Shown: piece after piece, positions 1-11,530 of the stretch | Numbering within the stretch: position 1 is the first letter of the stretch | How the letters are laid out: each line of letters begins with the position of its first letter | Source of the DNA: Amoebophrya sp. A120 | Taxonomy: Eukaryota; Protista; Dinoflagellata | Direction of reading: 5' to 3' | NCBI GenBank assembly: GCA_905178155.1 | Contig: CAJINV010000010.1 | Span: 1,926,636-1,990,635, forward strand | Length of the DNA stretch: 64,000 nt | Made by a program: the position numbers and the translations under genes | Notes under the pieces: model-generated | What the model saw: the letters and a program-made list of their open reading frames with translations, nothing else | Told to the model about the DNA's origin: nothing | Databases searched by the model: none

Positions 1-193
1 AATCCAGTGCGTCATGCTGTTTGGGTAAGGAAGACGCCTTTTGTCATGCTACTTCAGCAGCTCAGTCTCTACCCCTCAACAGGCTGACAATCTGCCTCCC
101 TTGCCTACTCTGCAAGACAGGCACTCTGTGGGTTGCATTTTATGCATCACAAACTATTTCAACTTTGTCGATTTCGATCCTGACACACCCATA
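1..193. mobile_element. Introner family F (partial, cut by window edge)
   Basis: Homologous to the right part of 48778-49084; ends ...CCCATA. Confidence 0.85.
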
Positions 194-3100
194 TCGGGGA
201 AGCTGTAGGTTTGGAGGAAACTGTGGACCAGCTGGCCCTTCTGCAACGTGTCCTGAAACTGCTCCTGGGCTTCCTTATCCTGTGCAAAAGTATCGTACTC
301 GTAGTCATTGCGATCATGCATGACAAATATCCCTTTTTAGGTAAATCAGCATTACAAATTCCATTTTTCTTCTTGAGAAAATTTGTGATGCAATTTGTAC
401 TAGTACGATACTTTTGCAATGTTGCATATTCCTTGCTCATCTGCAACGCTTTCGCCACCGCGCAGTACAGAATGAAGTCCTCGCAATTCAGAATTTGGGA
501 TAGCGAATCAAACTGATTCTGTATCAAAAGGACAAATCCCCCCTCCCCATATCGAAAAGGAAATCTGTGAAGCTGGATTTGCGTACACAAATCAGATTTG
601 TCTTGCAATAGAGGACTGCACGCAGATCGCAAGCCTAGATGGGGGCCTTTTGGTGTAGGCACCTAGGACGGCAGGCGTCTGCCGTGTAGGCCTCAAAGCA
701 TTACAAATCGCCCGCATAGTGTGGCAGAGAGCCTGGCTTTGCCTTCTAGCAAGACAGACAGGATGTGTGGTCACAAATCTGCATCACAAATTTTCAGAAG
801 ATACGTTTTCAATATGGGGAGGGGGGATTTGCCCTTGCAATATTCTGCCCCGCGGCGTTCACCAACTGGTTCTGTCTGGACTTCGTTTTCGCGTACTGCA
901 CCAGTCTGCTGTTGCTCGCTTGTTGCAAATTCGTACCTCCGGAAGCCCTCGGACTGGCCCCCGGCTGCTGGAGGTTATTAACCGATTGAGTATCCACCGA
1001 GTCGCCCCACGCGACGGAAGACACCCGGCCGTCGTCGGAGTAGGCGCAGCTATCCTTTCCGTAAAAGTCCTCGTTGAGAGAGGACGTTGCGGTCAGCATT
1101 CCCGGGATGGTCTGGACCAACCTCGCGATTTCCTTGTTTTGAATCAGTCCGTCCAGCCACGCGGTGTCCACCTGGTTGTCAACAAACCTGTTTAGCCTCA
1201 ACAGCTTCGGCAAAACGTCCACCGTGTTCCGGATGTCCCCTTCCACGTGCAAATGCCCGAGGGAGATGATCAACGCCTTCCGCGCCTGCTCCCGCGTTTG
1301 CCCGATGCTGAAAATGTGGCCGAATTGGCTGTCTGCGAACTCGTGGACCGCACCGGGCGTGGCGACGGAGAAGTATCCCCAGACGGACTCGTGCGTTGGC
1401 GCGAAGTCGATATGCAGTGGAAAAGTATCGTGCGTAGCAGTATACTGCAATACAAATTAGCGCAGAATGAGGAATGGAATTTGTCATGCTGATTTAGCTC
1501 GAAAAAGAGATCTGTCATGCATGTCTGCAGCTAGTACAACTACGACTACGATACTTTTGCAGTGCATAGTCGATCTTCCGGATGTTTCCGCTGCAGGGGA
1601 GAAACCCGTCCTCCGGGTTTTCCGCCGTGATGCGCGCGGCGATGCAGTGAGAATACATGGGGACTTTCCTCGTGAAGTCCAGCTCCTTGATGTAGTTGCT
1701 TGTTGTTTCGCCTTGTCCACCGTCTTTGTTTTGTTCCTCGATTCCGCGAAGAAAGTACCTCCTGATGTCCGTATGCATTGCAAATTTGTCTGGGTCTGGA
1801 AGATGAGTGCAGGGTTTGTCATGCTTGTCTGGCATGACTGTTAACTCTGTGATGCTTAGGAGCGAAAAGATGATCCTCTCGCCTGTCATGCAAAAATGGA
1901 GCCTGCCATGCGGAATACGCAACACGCAGGAGCTCAAAAACTTGTCATGCTTGGTTACCTATTGCAGTACGCTCAATATTTAGAGACTTGCATCACAAGT
2001 TTCCAGACATCCAGGCATATTTGCTTTTGATAGTCTGGAATATCGTGCAACGCCACCCCCATCCCGATCTGGAGCTGCGCGGCCGGTATGTTTACCCCCG
2101 TGATGCACTCTGTCACTGGGTGCTCCACTTGCAGCCGCGGGTTCAGTTCCAGAAAGTAAGCTTCTTTGCGCTTCGGGTCGTACAGGTATTCCACCGTGCC
2201 GGCGCCTCGGTACCCAACTTGCCTCGCCAACCGGCAGGTATGGTGTGAAGAAATATCGCACTCGTACTAATTGCAAATATGCATGGCAAATCTATACTCC
2301 TAAGGTAAAACAGCATGACAAACTCCACTTTTCTTCTTGCCAAATAAATTTGTAATGCAATTCATACGTAGCACGATACATTTGCAATGCATAGCAGGCC
2401 GCCAGCTGCATCTCGTGAAACACGTCCGGGTCCGCGACCGTCGGTGGACCCTCCTCAAAGATCTTCTGAAACCTGCGCTGCGTGTATTACAGTGCACAAC
2501 TACTCCTCTCCACTCAGTTGCCATGCAAAACCCCGAATCCAGGCTGTGCCTCTTGGCAATGTTTGCATGACAAGTTCTAGTAGCCCAAATAGCACGACAC
2601 TCCAGTGTAAACTTGTCATGCAAAACCTGCATTCTTGCCCACGCTTGTATTGCCGTTCATGCTATACAAATGAGAAGGAGGAAAAGTTGTGCACTGTGGT
2701 CATAGCGTGGAGCAATCCCTCCCCGACAAGGCACACACGTTCCCGTGCTCGTCGCCCAATAGTTGCACCTCCAAGTGGCACGCGCCGGAGCTGTACTTCA
2801 TAATGAAAATCGGGGAATTCACCACCTTATCCTATGCAAAAGTATCGCATTCGTATGTATAAATGCAAGTCTTACAACATTACATTTTTTTTCCTCAAGG
2901 TAGACCCGCATTACAAATTTTATTTCTCATGCTGAGGAAATTTGTAATGCATTTATACGAGTACGATACTTTTGCGATTCATACACCTCCATCTGGCACA
3001 GCGCGTAGTTGTTCTTCACATCTTGGCTGTTCTCGCATTTCCGGATTCCCTTCCCGCCCCCGCCCTCCGACGCTTTCAGCATCACCGGGTAGCCGATGCG

Positions 3101-4144
3101 GTTCGCCTGCTCGACCGCTTCTTCCACCGTCTGGCAACAGGCTTTTTCGAACAGTTCGTCCAAGTCGTCGAAGGTTTTCAACTGTTTCGACTTCAAGCCG
3201 TCACCGGACCAGGGGATGCAGGGAACTTCCGCGGTCTGTGCCATGATGTTCGCGTAGATTTTGTCCCCCAGAAGCCGCATCACCCTCGGTTGCGGCCCGA
3301 GAAACACGATTCCTAATTTCTCCAGCGCCTCTGGGAGCTCCGGCTTTTCGCTGGCGTGGCCCCAGCCAGGCCAGACTGCGTCGCATTTCTCTTGGACGGC
3401 CACTTTGCAAATCAGGTCGACGTTGGCGTAATTGTTCAGGTTCTTACCTGATACAGTTTGTAATTGTAAGATTGCAGCTTTGATGTAGTTATTTTTCATG
3501 CTATAATCTGCATCAGAAAACAGGTCTGTCATGCATGCCAAACCACCGGACCATCTCCGAACTTTCCGATGATATGAAATCGCAACCGCCATACATGAAA
3601 AATAGTACCTCCCGGCACCTCCACAAACGAGTCCACCATTTGCAAAAACTGCTATGCATTGCAAATGCATCGCGCTAGTACTAGTAGTGTAAATTGCATC
3701 ACAAATTTCAGCAGGAGGAAAATAATTATGCTGATGTACGTTTACTAATGACATTTGTCATGCATTAATATAAGTACAATTACTACAATTACGATGCACT
3801 TTTGCGAATCATAACTGGGCGTTCGCCGCAATATCTTCCGGCGTGGCCATCGCGACAAAACTCAAGCACCGATCCAGGTTGGCACGCGTCTTCAGCACCT
3901 CCAGCACTTCCCATCTTCGCATGGACCGAATCGCCTTCACCGCAGCTAAACCATTCGACGCGATCAGAATCCGGGAAATCACCCGCTTCCCCTTCTTTTC
4001 GGAGACAATGTAGTTCTGCAGGGCCTGCCTCCGTTGGTCCATCGGCTCCGGGAGGTCATCCTCGGGGATCACCGTAGTGGAGTGATCCACCAACACCATG
4101 GCTTCTTTACTTGTCCGCGGGGAATATACCAGACGCGTGGACAT
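1..4144 (-). CDS. ACC: Acetyl-CoA carboxylase, 5' part (biotin carboxylase domain); continues off the left edge
   Basis: Joined exons give [123 protein letters not shown]; 9 introners plus one GT-AG intron (3448-3608). Confidence 0.97.
276..428. mobile_element. Introner family A
   Basis: TATCCTGTGCAAAAGTATCG...CGATACTTTTGCA..GCATA; TSD ttcct/ttcct. Confidence 0.92.
522..842. mobile_element. Introner family E
   Basis: TIR TATCAAAAGGACAAATCCCCCCTCCCCATAT; TSD ttctg/ttctg. Confidence 0.92.
1411..1568. mobile_element. Introner family A
   Basis: TAT...ATA; TSD gtcga/gtcga. Confidence 0.92.
1772..2032. mobile_element. Introner family B
   Basis: TIR core TGTCTGGGTCTGGAAG; TSD gtccg/gtctg. Confidence 0.9.
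2239..2393. mobile_element. Introner family A
   Basis: TSD gcagg/gcagg. Confidence 0.9.
2485..2704. mobile_element. Introner family D
   Basis: TIR core ACAGTGCACAACT; TSD gcgtg/gcgtg. Confidence 0.92.
2828..2983. mobile_element. Introner family A
   Basis: TSD cacct/cacct. Confidence 0.92.
3653..3813. mobile_element. Introner family A
   Basis: TSD actgc/actgg. Confidence 0.9.
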
Positions 4145-5089
4145 AATTTTTGAAGCGTAGTTTATTGTTCGGGTCAAAAAATATCAACGGATGTTCTTGA
4201 AACAACTTCAGATCGTAGAAAGAAAAACAACTCGACATCTCATCGTAAAAACTAACTTTCAGAAGGTTCAATTGTTGGAAAGAGACACGACCGTCACTTT
4301 TTTTTCCGAAAATGAGACAAAAAAAATGAAGTTCTACTGGTTGCGGATACACTAGAACTAGACACCAGCAGTATGATACTCTAGTTCTACAAATCAGGGG
4401 CTGAAATAAAAGTAGCTAGCTCTCACTTCATTTTTCTTTTTGCCACCTCCCATTATTTGCTTAGCTCTCTCGTCGTCAAGGACAAACAATGTTTGTTGTT
4501 GATCATGCCACCTTGCCACACCCCAATAAATTTGCCACATTTCTACTTTGATGCCGGCTAGTTTGTTTTTTGGGTTCTTGAACACTTTTCAATGCTACTT
4601 CGCCGTGTTTTCTTGCGGTCCCCTTCTAAAATATCCATGACATGTTGGTATCGCCTTGCTTGATTTATCTTCTCGCTCCAAGAAGCAAGCTGGCAGTTCT
4701 ACTTACCAAGGTCGACCGAAAGTCTTTAGGAAGGAGTTTAACTGCTCATTGATCCTTACTGTGGACAAAAGTCGTCTTGTTTTAATTGTGGATCGACAAC
4801 ATTTTTCTGCCGTCAACATCGTCTGCAAGGATGTAAGTCGTTTATCGTGGCTGCCAAGCGCCAGTCTTGCGACAGGAAGAAGGAAAATATGTAATCACAT
4901 TTACTCCACATAAGAACTGTCAGAAAGATTTTGAAGATGTACGAGTACGTTGATGCTTTATTTTTCTTCAATTTACTTATTACTTCAAGTGTAAGTGTGG
5001 GGACCACCAGCTCAGGGAAAAATATCTGCCGCAACTGTAGTACTTGCACATGTTTTGTAGTACTGCAACCGCTAGTACCGCGACCGCCA

Positions 5090-8000
5090 CTACCGCAGAT
5101 ACGAAAACGCCGGCACCGCTGCTTCTGGTATTTGTTCTTTCCTTGAGGCCGCTGCACTAACGCTTGATGATGCCACTCCTAGACTCGGTGCTTGTGCTCT
5201 GCCGCTACTGTGCAAGTGCTGGCCGCCATGGCCGCTCCCAGTCGACATCAACGTGCTGGTTGATCTCGCGTCAAAAAACTGATCCTCGCCCGCAGACAAG
5301 GACCCCAGCGATTGCGCGTCCTCGAAGGCAGCTGAGGCTCCGACCGAATTTGACGTTGCAGCTCCTCCGCCGCCGTTCAAAGACAGAGCGTCGTCGTAGG
5401 AAAGCAGATCGTCGTCTGGGTCTTGATCCTCATCGACGCGCTGGCCGCTCGTCGTTTTACTACTTGTTTTGTGTGTGCTTCTACTCTGTTCTCTCTGATC
5501 CTCTTCAAAGTACCTGTTACAACCCCTACTGCTCGCGGCGAGTGTATCCTTTGTGATCACGATTACATTGTTTTTATCACTGACGGTGGATAAACTACTC
5601 AACTTTCGGCGCGCCGAGGACGAGGATGTCGACGTGTGATAGTTGCTCTTGTGTTGATGTTGGTGCCAGGTAGAAGAAGTGGGAACATTACTACCGTTTG
5701 CGGATGTAGTCATCCCGTGGTTGTGCCGGACATAGAACATATCGTCCGGTCCTCCTGTGTCAAGCCCGTGCTCTTGCTGGTGAGACAGAATGCCAGCAGC
5801 TCGTGGGGTCAAGGGGCTGGGAAGGGTTGTGGTGGAAGTTGCACAACCTCCTGCAGCTCCTGCTATGCTTGATGCTGCAGCTGTTGTCTTTGAAGAATGA
5901 GCAGAGGAAGACATCACGTTGAAGCCATTCACTGTACTAGAAGATAAAGCGCTTCTTGTGCTGGTTTTACTGGTGCTGTTTTTGTTCAACATAATTCCTC
6001 CGGCTGGCACTGCTGTTGTCGAAGACTGGCGCAGGCTGCTTATACCAACGGCAGGAGTTGTCCCCTCTCCTGGCACCAACCCGGCGGACAAATGATCATC
6101 ATCTCCCAACCCCACTTCTAGTCCAGCCAGGTTCGGGTTCGATGCACCAGCAGACCGGTTACTCGCACTACTCTTGCTCCCTCCGCCGAATGCCGCCCGG
6201 AACAGCGAAAATTTGTGTTCCTGCCTCCGCAACTCCTCCTCCCGGAGCCAGTAAATGAGAAACCCGGCCGCGGAAGATTGACAAAGCAGCCACTTCACAA
6301 TGTCCAGCCACTTGGACTGGCCGTACAGCGACAGGTGTCTCGTTGCAAGAATGGAAAACCCGAAAACGTAATTCGCGACACCGAGCGCTAAATACTTCAG
6401 AGACAGGCTCTTCCACACCTCCGCTAGCTCCTTCGCGGGGAGGTTCGTCAGAAGAGACGTCACCGCATGCATCGCACTGTTTGACGATGGGGGGGTGAGG
6501 AGAATCATAGTCGTACTGGACTTCGGTGAGGACGACGAGTTTGATGCTGGTGCGGAAGATGAGGCAGGTCGCGGTGCTGTTCTTGCTGACGATGTTCTAG
6601 TTTTGCCACGACTATCGAAAATTTCATCCACTGTCGTGCTCAAAAACCTTGCTTCCGCCATCACGACCACTTCGGAGTCGGGCTTCAAGATCCTCTCGGA
6701 CTTCAGTTGCAGGTCAAACGGCAGTATCAAGTGCAAATATGCCTGGGTCTGGAAGGTTGTGATGCTGAACAGTGGATGACTGAAATACTTCCCAATGCAG
6801 CCAAGCTTGACAAGTTTGACGAACACTTTGTCATGCGCAGTCCGCATGAGAGCCTGCGCTTCTGTATGACAAAAGAGGGCGTCTTTTGCCAGTCATGCAA
6901 TACAGATTTTACAGGAATGTAGGGCCAGCATTACAAGTGCCATGTTTCCAGACACAGACATTTGCAATCCATAGGCAGCTGCACGGTGAAATACTTCCAG
7001 TTGTCATAGACCAACGGGAAGAGGTTTTTGAAAAACTTCCTTGCTGCCACCCGAATCTTCGACTTCGACGCCTGGCGCGCGAGGTTCCGGTCGCTCGCTT
7101 GCACAGACGCTTGGTGCTGGAGGAAAGTGTCCTATCAACTGTAAAAATGTCTGGGTCTGGAAGGTTCTGACACTTGTCATGCACGTTTTGCATGAGCCAT
7201 GATGTCTGTGATGCATACCCGAGCAATACAGATTTTTTGAGGGCTTCCTGATGCGTATTTCGCATGACAAATGCCTTCTCAGCGTAGCAAAAATTGCATT
7301 TCCTTTGGTAGTCATGCAATACAGATTTTTTTGGAATCCAAATGCAGCATCACAAGTTGCATTCTTCCAGAACCAGACATTTTTACATTTGATATGTCCT
7401 TGTAGGAGGCAAAACTCGGCTTGACGCTGTCCAAACGGAGACTACTGAACCGGTCCAGCATGGAATGGTGGATTAGGATTTTGGTTGGTTGATGAAAATG
7501 TTGTTGCTGGTGCCCACCTCCTGGTGTTCCAAGTGTAGTAGAACAAGTGCTATCCTCAGGGGTACCAAACTCTTCTGCCCCTTGTTCTCTACCACCTTCA
7601 CACGGCACCAACTCGCATGCAGCGCCGAAGGGACCAAAAGTGGTGGTGTCGTCTTGAAATTTCAAACACGCCCTCTCGCGGACGAAAATCGGTAGGAGGG
7701 AGCCGCTGCTGGACTTCTGGGAGTTGTTCGAAGTAGACTTGCAGGTCGTTGTTTTGCTGGTTTGTCCTCCTGATCGGGAAGACGGTGCACGAGAACCTTC
7801 AGAGGGTCGTGGAAAAGCTTCCGCAAGGTGGCCTGCTGTTCCTACGGCTGTCCCTATTGACGCGGAGCAGGAGTCATCGAGTGGGGAGAATTCCTCAATG
7901 GAATTGTTGACAGAGACGTAACCAGCGTCGTCCTGCTGTTGGGAAGCAGACGAAGCAGCATCATCCACTCCCGATGAAGCAGCCCTGCTCCTACAACTTC

Positions 8001-8922
8001 TCGTCCTGAGCAGAGGGGCAAAGCCATTCCGCCAGCTGTCGCCTAGACCCCGTCTCAAATTCGCCAGCGAGAACGAGCTTTTGAAGCGATAGGCTGAACT
8101 CTGCATTGGCGAGAATGACCACGACCGCAACCCAGCTGGTACTAGCTGCGGAAGGTGCGCCGTTCCGCAGAAACACGCGAAGGGAAACGTCCAGACCGAC
8201 TCGTACAGGATGCAGACCTTGTTCGTGTGCGGCGCCCGAAGGTAGGAGAAGCCGTGGGGTAGGCGGAGTTTACCGCGCACTTTCACGATGATCGGCGAGG
8301 AGGAAGAGGTTGAAGATGTTTTTGTTTGTGGTCCAAGACTTGTTTTTGCTGATACTACCCCCGCAGCTGTGCTTGCACCTACTGGTCCTCGTGCAGCTGA
8401 TTCTTCTTGTCCTCCTTGGCAAACGCTCACCGCCCGCAGCATCTGTTCGATATCTGTCAGTGGCGTGAAGGGTAACTCCTCATCGTTCGCCAACGCCAAA
8501 GCGTCTCGGCGTTTTCGCCTCGCTAGGTAGAAGAACAAACCGGAGAGGCCCAGGAAGGAAAACCCGAAGAGGTGGGCCAAGTTCGGCTGCTCCTGCATCC
8601 AGAATTGGATGCTTTTTGCCGCTTGTGTGAAGAAGTGCTTGAAAGCGGCTTGCAGCTCTTGTTTGCTGCAGTTGAGTGGCTGTAAAATGATCGCGGAAAA
8701 CGACGCTGCCGGCCCGGACAAAAATGTTTGGCCGAACAAACAGAGGTTGCTGGTGCACCACTCCCGGATTTTTGCAGCCGATGCCTCTTGCGCGCCGCTG
8801 GGAAACTTGGTCGTGAAGGCGGTTGGTGATTGAGAAGAGGGTGCTGAGGAGGAGCTGGAGCCGCCATTGCTGGATCTGGAGGGTGGGCGCTCCGCGACAT
8901 CGTGGGGCCAGAGACCGAACAT
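5090..8922 (-). CDS. Large Ser/Thr-rich protein with predicted transmembrane segments, function unknown (3 exons)
   Basis: ORFs 7312-8922 and 5090-6847 separated by two family-B introners and a short middle exon; hydrophobic stretches LFGFSFLGLSGLFFYL and YLALGVANYVFGFSIL. Confidence 0.7.
6725..6973. mobile_element. Introner family B
   Basis: TSD ggcag/ggcag. Confidence 0.9.
7133..7394. mobile_element. Introner family B
   Basis: TSD tgtcc/tgtcc. Confidence 0.9.
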
Positions 8923-9210
8923 AGGCTTTTTATTGGGCGATCTGAGCTACGTCCTGACTGCGTCACTGGCGTATAACGAACGGAAAACATTTGTAGACTC
9001 GACGCAGCTCCTAAAAGTGGATAGAAGTCACTTAGCGTTAGGAAAGCAGCTCATGGATAAACAAATCAAATGATTGAAATAAATGCAATCGGCCCAAAAT
9101 ACCACAAATCGAGTCGAGGAGCCTTCTTCTGGCTGCTGAGATTTCAAATTGAAATTACAAACAGGCATGGGCAGGCTACGCTGCAATCTGCTTTGGAAGT
9201 ATAATGAACA

Positions 9211-11090
9211 CTAGAGCTGCGCGACGAACGCAAGCGCTGGCCTTGCTTGTTGGGACAGGTGTCGCGTGTCGATCAATCTTGGCTGCCCGCGGCTTTGTGC
9301 AATGCCTTTTCTTGCGCAAACTATCGCACACTCACGCAGACCAGGCGTGGCCCATCTACGGACTGCTGCAGATTGCGTGATCAGAGTGAGCAGGCTGGCA
9401 CCAAAGACAAAAGGCCACGCGCGGGGCAACGAACAGACACTCACACACGCCCGGCCAAACTCCTGGCCTTGCGTCCCTCCCCCGGAGTGAATCAATGGAA
9501 TGGAACCTACCTGGCAAAGAGGCTGCAGCCGCGCGGGCGGGCACCGCGCGCCCGCGCGCCGAGCAAGATAGCGGCGCCACCCCTCCGGTTCTTTCTTTCA
9601 TTGATTCAAAGCGAGAGGGAGGCGCGTCACAGCCATCCAACAGGCCAAACACTGCGCAACCCCTCCACCTTCCTGGGCCAACCACAGCGCGCGGGCACAC
9701 TGCAGACAACGGCAAGAGACACGCCACAACCGGGGGGCCAGCTCCCTCACCCCCGGGCACTTGGCCGGCGCCTTCCCTTTCGCTTTCTGCCAGTCGCGAA
9801 CCCATTGCCCCGGTGGCGGGGGGGCCGGCGGGCGCGCTGCCGCGCGGCGACCTGCCTGCCGGCCTTGGCGACCCTCTTCTTCTCCACGGAGGTCGGGCCA
9901 TCCTTGGCCTTTCTCGTTCAGAAAGAAAGAAGCCGACGGACCAGGGCGGGGGCGAAGGCGGCTGGCGCCGCGGGTCGTGGCTGACTCCTTCGCGAACCGG
10001 ATCCGCTTGGCCGGCTTCTTCGCCTTGAAGTCCGGGGCGATCTCACGGGCGAACGCGGGCGCTTGCTTGTCGTTCATCGGAAGCGTCTTGCTTCGTGCGC
10101 AACTGACTCGATCGCGATCGGAATCTTGATCGGAATCGCGTGCATCTTTTCCAAAGCAGTGGCCCCCGCCCGCGACCGATCCACGGCCGGCCGGCCCCAA
10201 AACGGCGCGGGCACAAGCTGGCCAGCGGCCCAAGGGGCCGGCCCGGCCGGGCGCCGGCCTGCGGGCGTCCACGCACCCAAAAGGGGCGCAAAAGCATACT
10301 GCCGGCGGCGGCGAGGCAGCCTACCTGCCTGGCTGCCAAGGAAGCCCGCCTGGCTGCGGCTGGGAACACGAACACACCAAAACCCCAACAATAAACACAC
10401 ACCGCGGGCGTCTGCCGGGCTGTCTCTTGGCTCTCGCACAACAATGCCCGCTGCGGAGCCACTTCCGGAGCCGCGCGCCGCTCGGTCGCCCCCAAGGGCG
10501 CGGCGAAGGCAGCCGGGGGCCGTCTGGACGGCAGTCGGTGGGGAATTCAATTGATCGGCGCGCAGCGGCGCTGGCGCGGGCGCGCCAAAAGCGCCGGCGC
10601 CGGCCTCCACCCCGGAAGCGCCCCCGAAGGAAGGGGGCGCGGGCGCTGGGGCACGCAGGCAGGCTGGCAGAGCCGCCGCAGCGGCAGACCGCGGCCCTTT
10701 GCTACAAAGCTCCGCGGCCTCCGGCCAGGGGATGGCCCGCCGCGCGGGCGCGGCCCTTGGGCTTTGCGGCGGGGCCTCCCGCTCGGCCGCACCGCCGGCC
10801 CCCCCTTCCCAACCGGCCGCCCGGCCCCGCCAAAAAGGCCGCGGCGGACAACACCCCCCCGGCGGGCTCCTTCCTTGGCGCGGCTGGCTCACACGAAGCG
10901 CCATTGGTGGAAAAGCTTCGCGGCTCGCTGGCGCGAACTGCTCAGCGCCGCCGCCCGCGGCTTGTGGCAATGGCCCGGGGCCGCGGCCGGTGGGGCTGTT
11001 GGCCGGCCCACTCGTGAGGCGCGCTGCCCTTCTCACCTTGCAGCGATCCGGGCGCCCGCTCTGGCAGTTTTCGTAAGATCAAGCGCTCTC
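9211..11090. other. Very GC-rich intergenic island, possibly a transposon remnant; edges approximate
   Basis: Abrupt composition shift; open in all six frames with low-complexity translations. Confidence 0.5.
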
Positions 11091-11530
11091 ATCTGGACCA
11101 CAGAGATAGGCTCTTCACGAGCAACAAGAACATCCTGCGAAGCTAGCACTCCGCCTGCGAAGGTGCAAATCGTCGCTCGTAGCTCGCTGCTGAATCAGAA
11201 CTACAGCTACAAACGCTACCTACCAAAGTTAATAAGATGAGACCCTATCATCACGCTGCACCTACAACTTCAACTTCTACATTTGGTTTGTCATTATTTC
11301 TCCTCGTCAACTATCGACGACACACGGTGCCATAAGCTTCAGTCAGACTATGTCAATGCGGGTCAAAATGGAAGCCATCGACACGACTCGGTGAGCCTCA
11401 TCACGTGTATGTGTTCAGCAAATCGCTTTCACTTTTCTATAAAAATTTAGATTTCGCGATCTTCTGGGAGTATCACTGTCAAACTTTGGTTGCGTTCTAC
11501 TTGCGACATTCATCTATCGTTCTGTCGACT

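Noticed and set aside
3648-3818. 4-bp TSD plus a polar 1-nt spacer
   Set aside because: Most elements match at all 5 positions and mismatches occur at every position, so a 5-bp TSD is simpler.
1-4144. ACC and other genes as transposon-disrupted pseudogenes
   Set aside because: Each interruption checked is removable in frame by one rule, and catalytic motifs are intact.
8100-8300. GIDE/MUL1-like domain call for the 5090-8922 protein
   Set aside because: Only a loose resemblance (VKVRGKL..LRAP..CILY); needs an HMM search.
9247-11240. Long overlapping ORFs in the GC island
   Set aside because: Expected from stop-codon scarcity at high GC; no domain signal.
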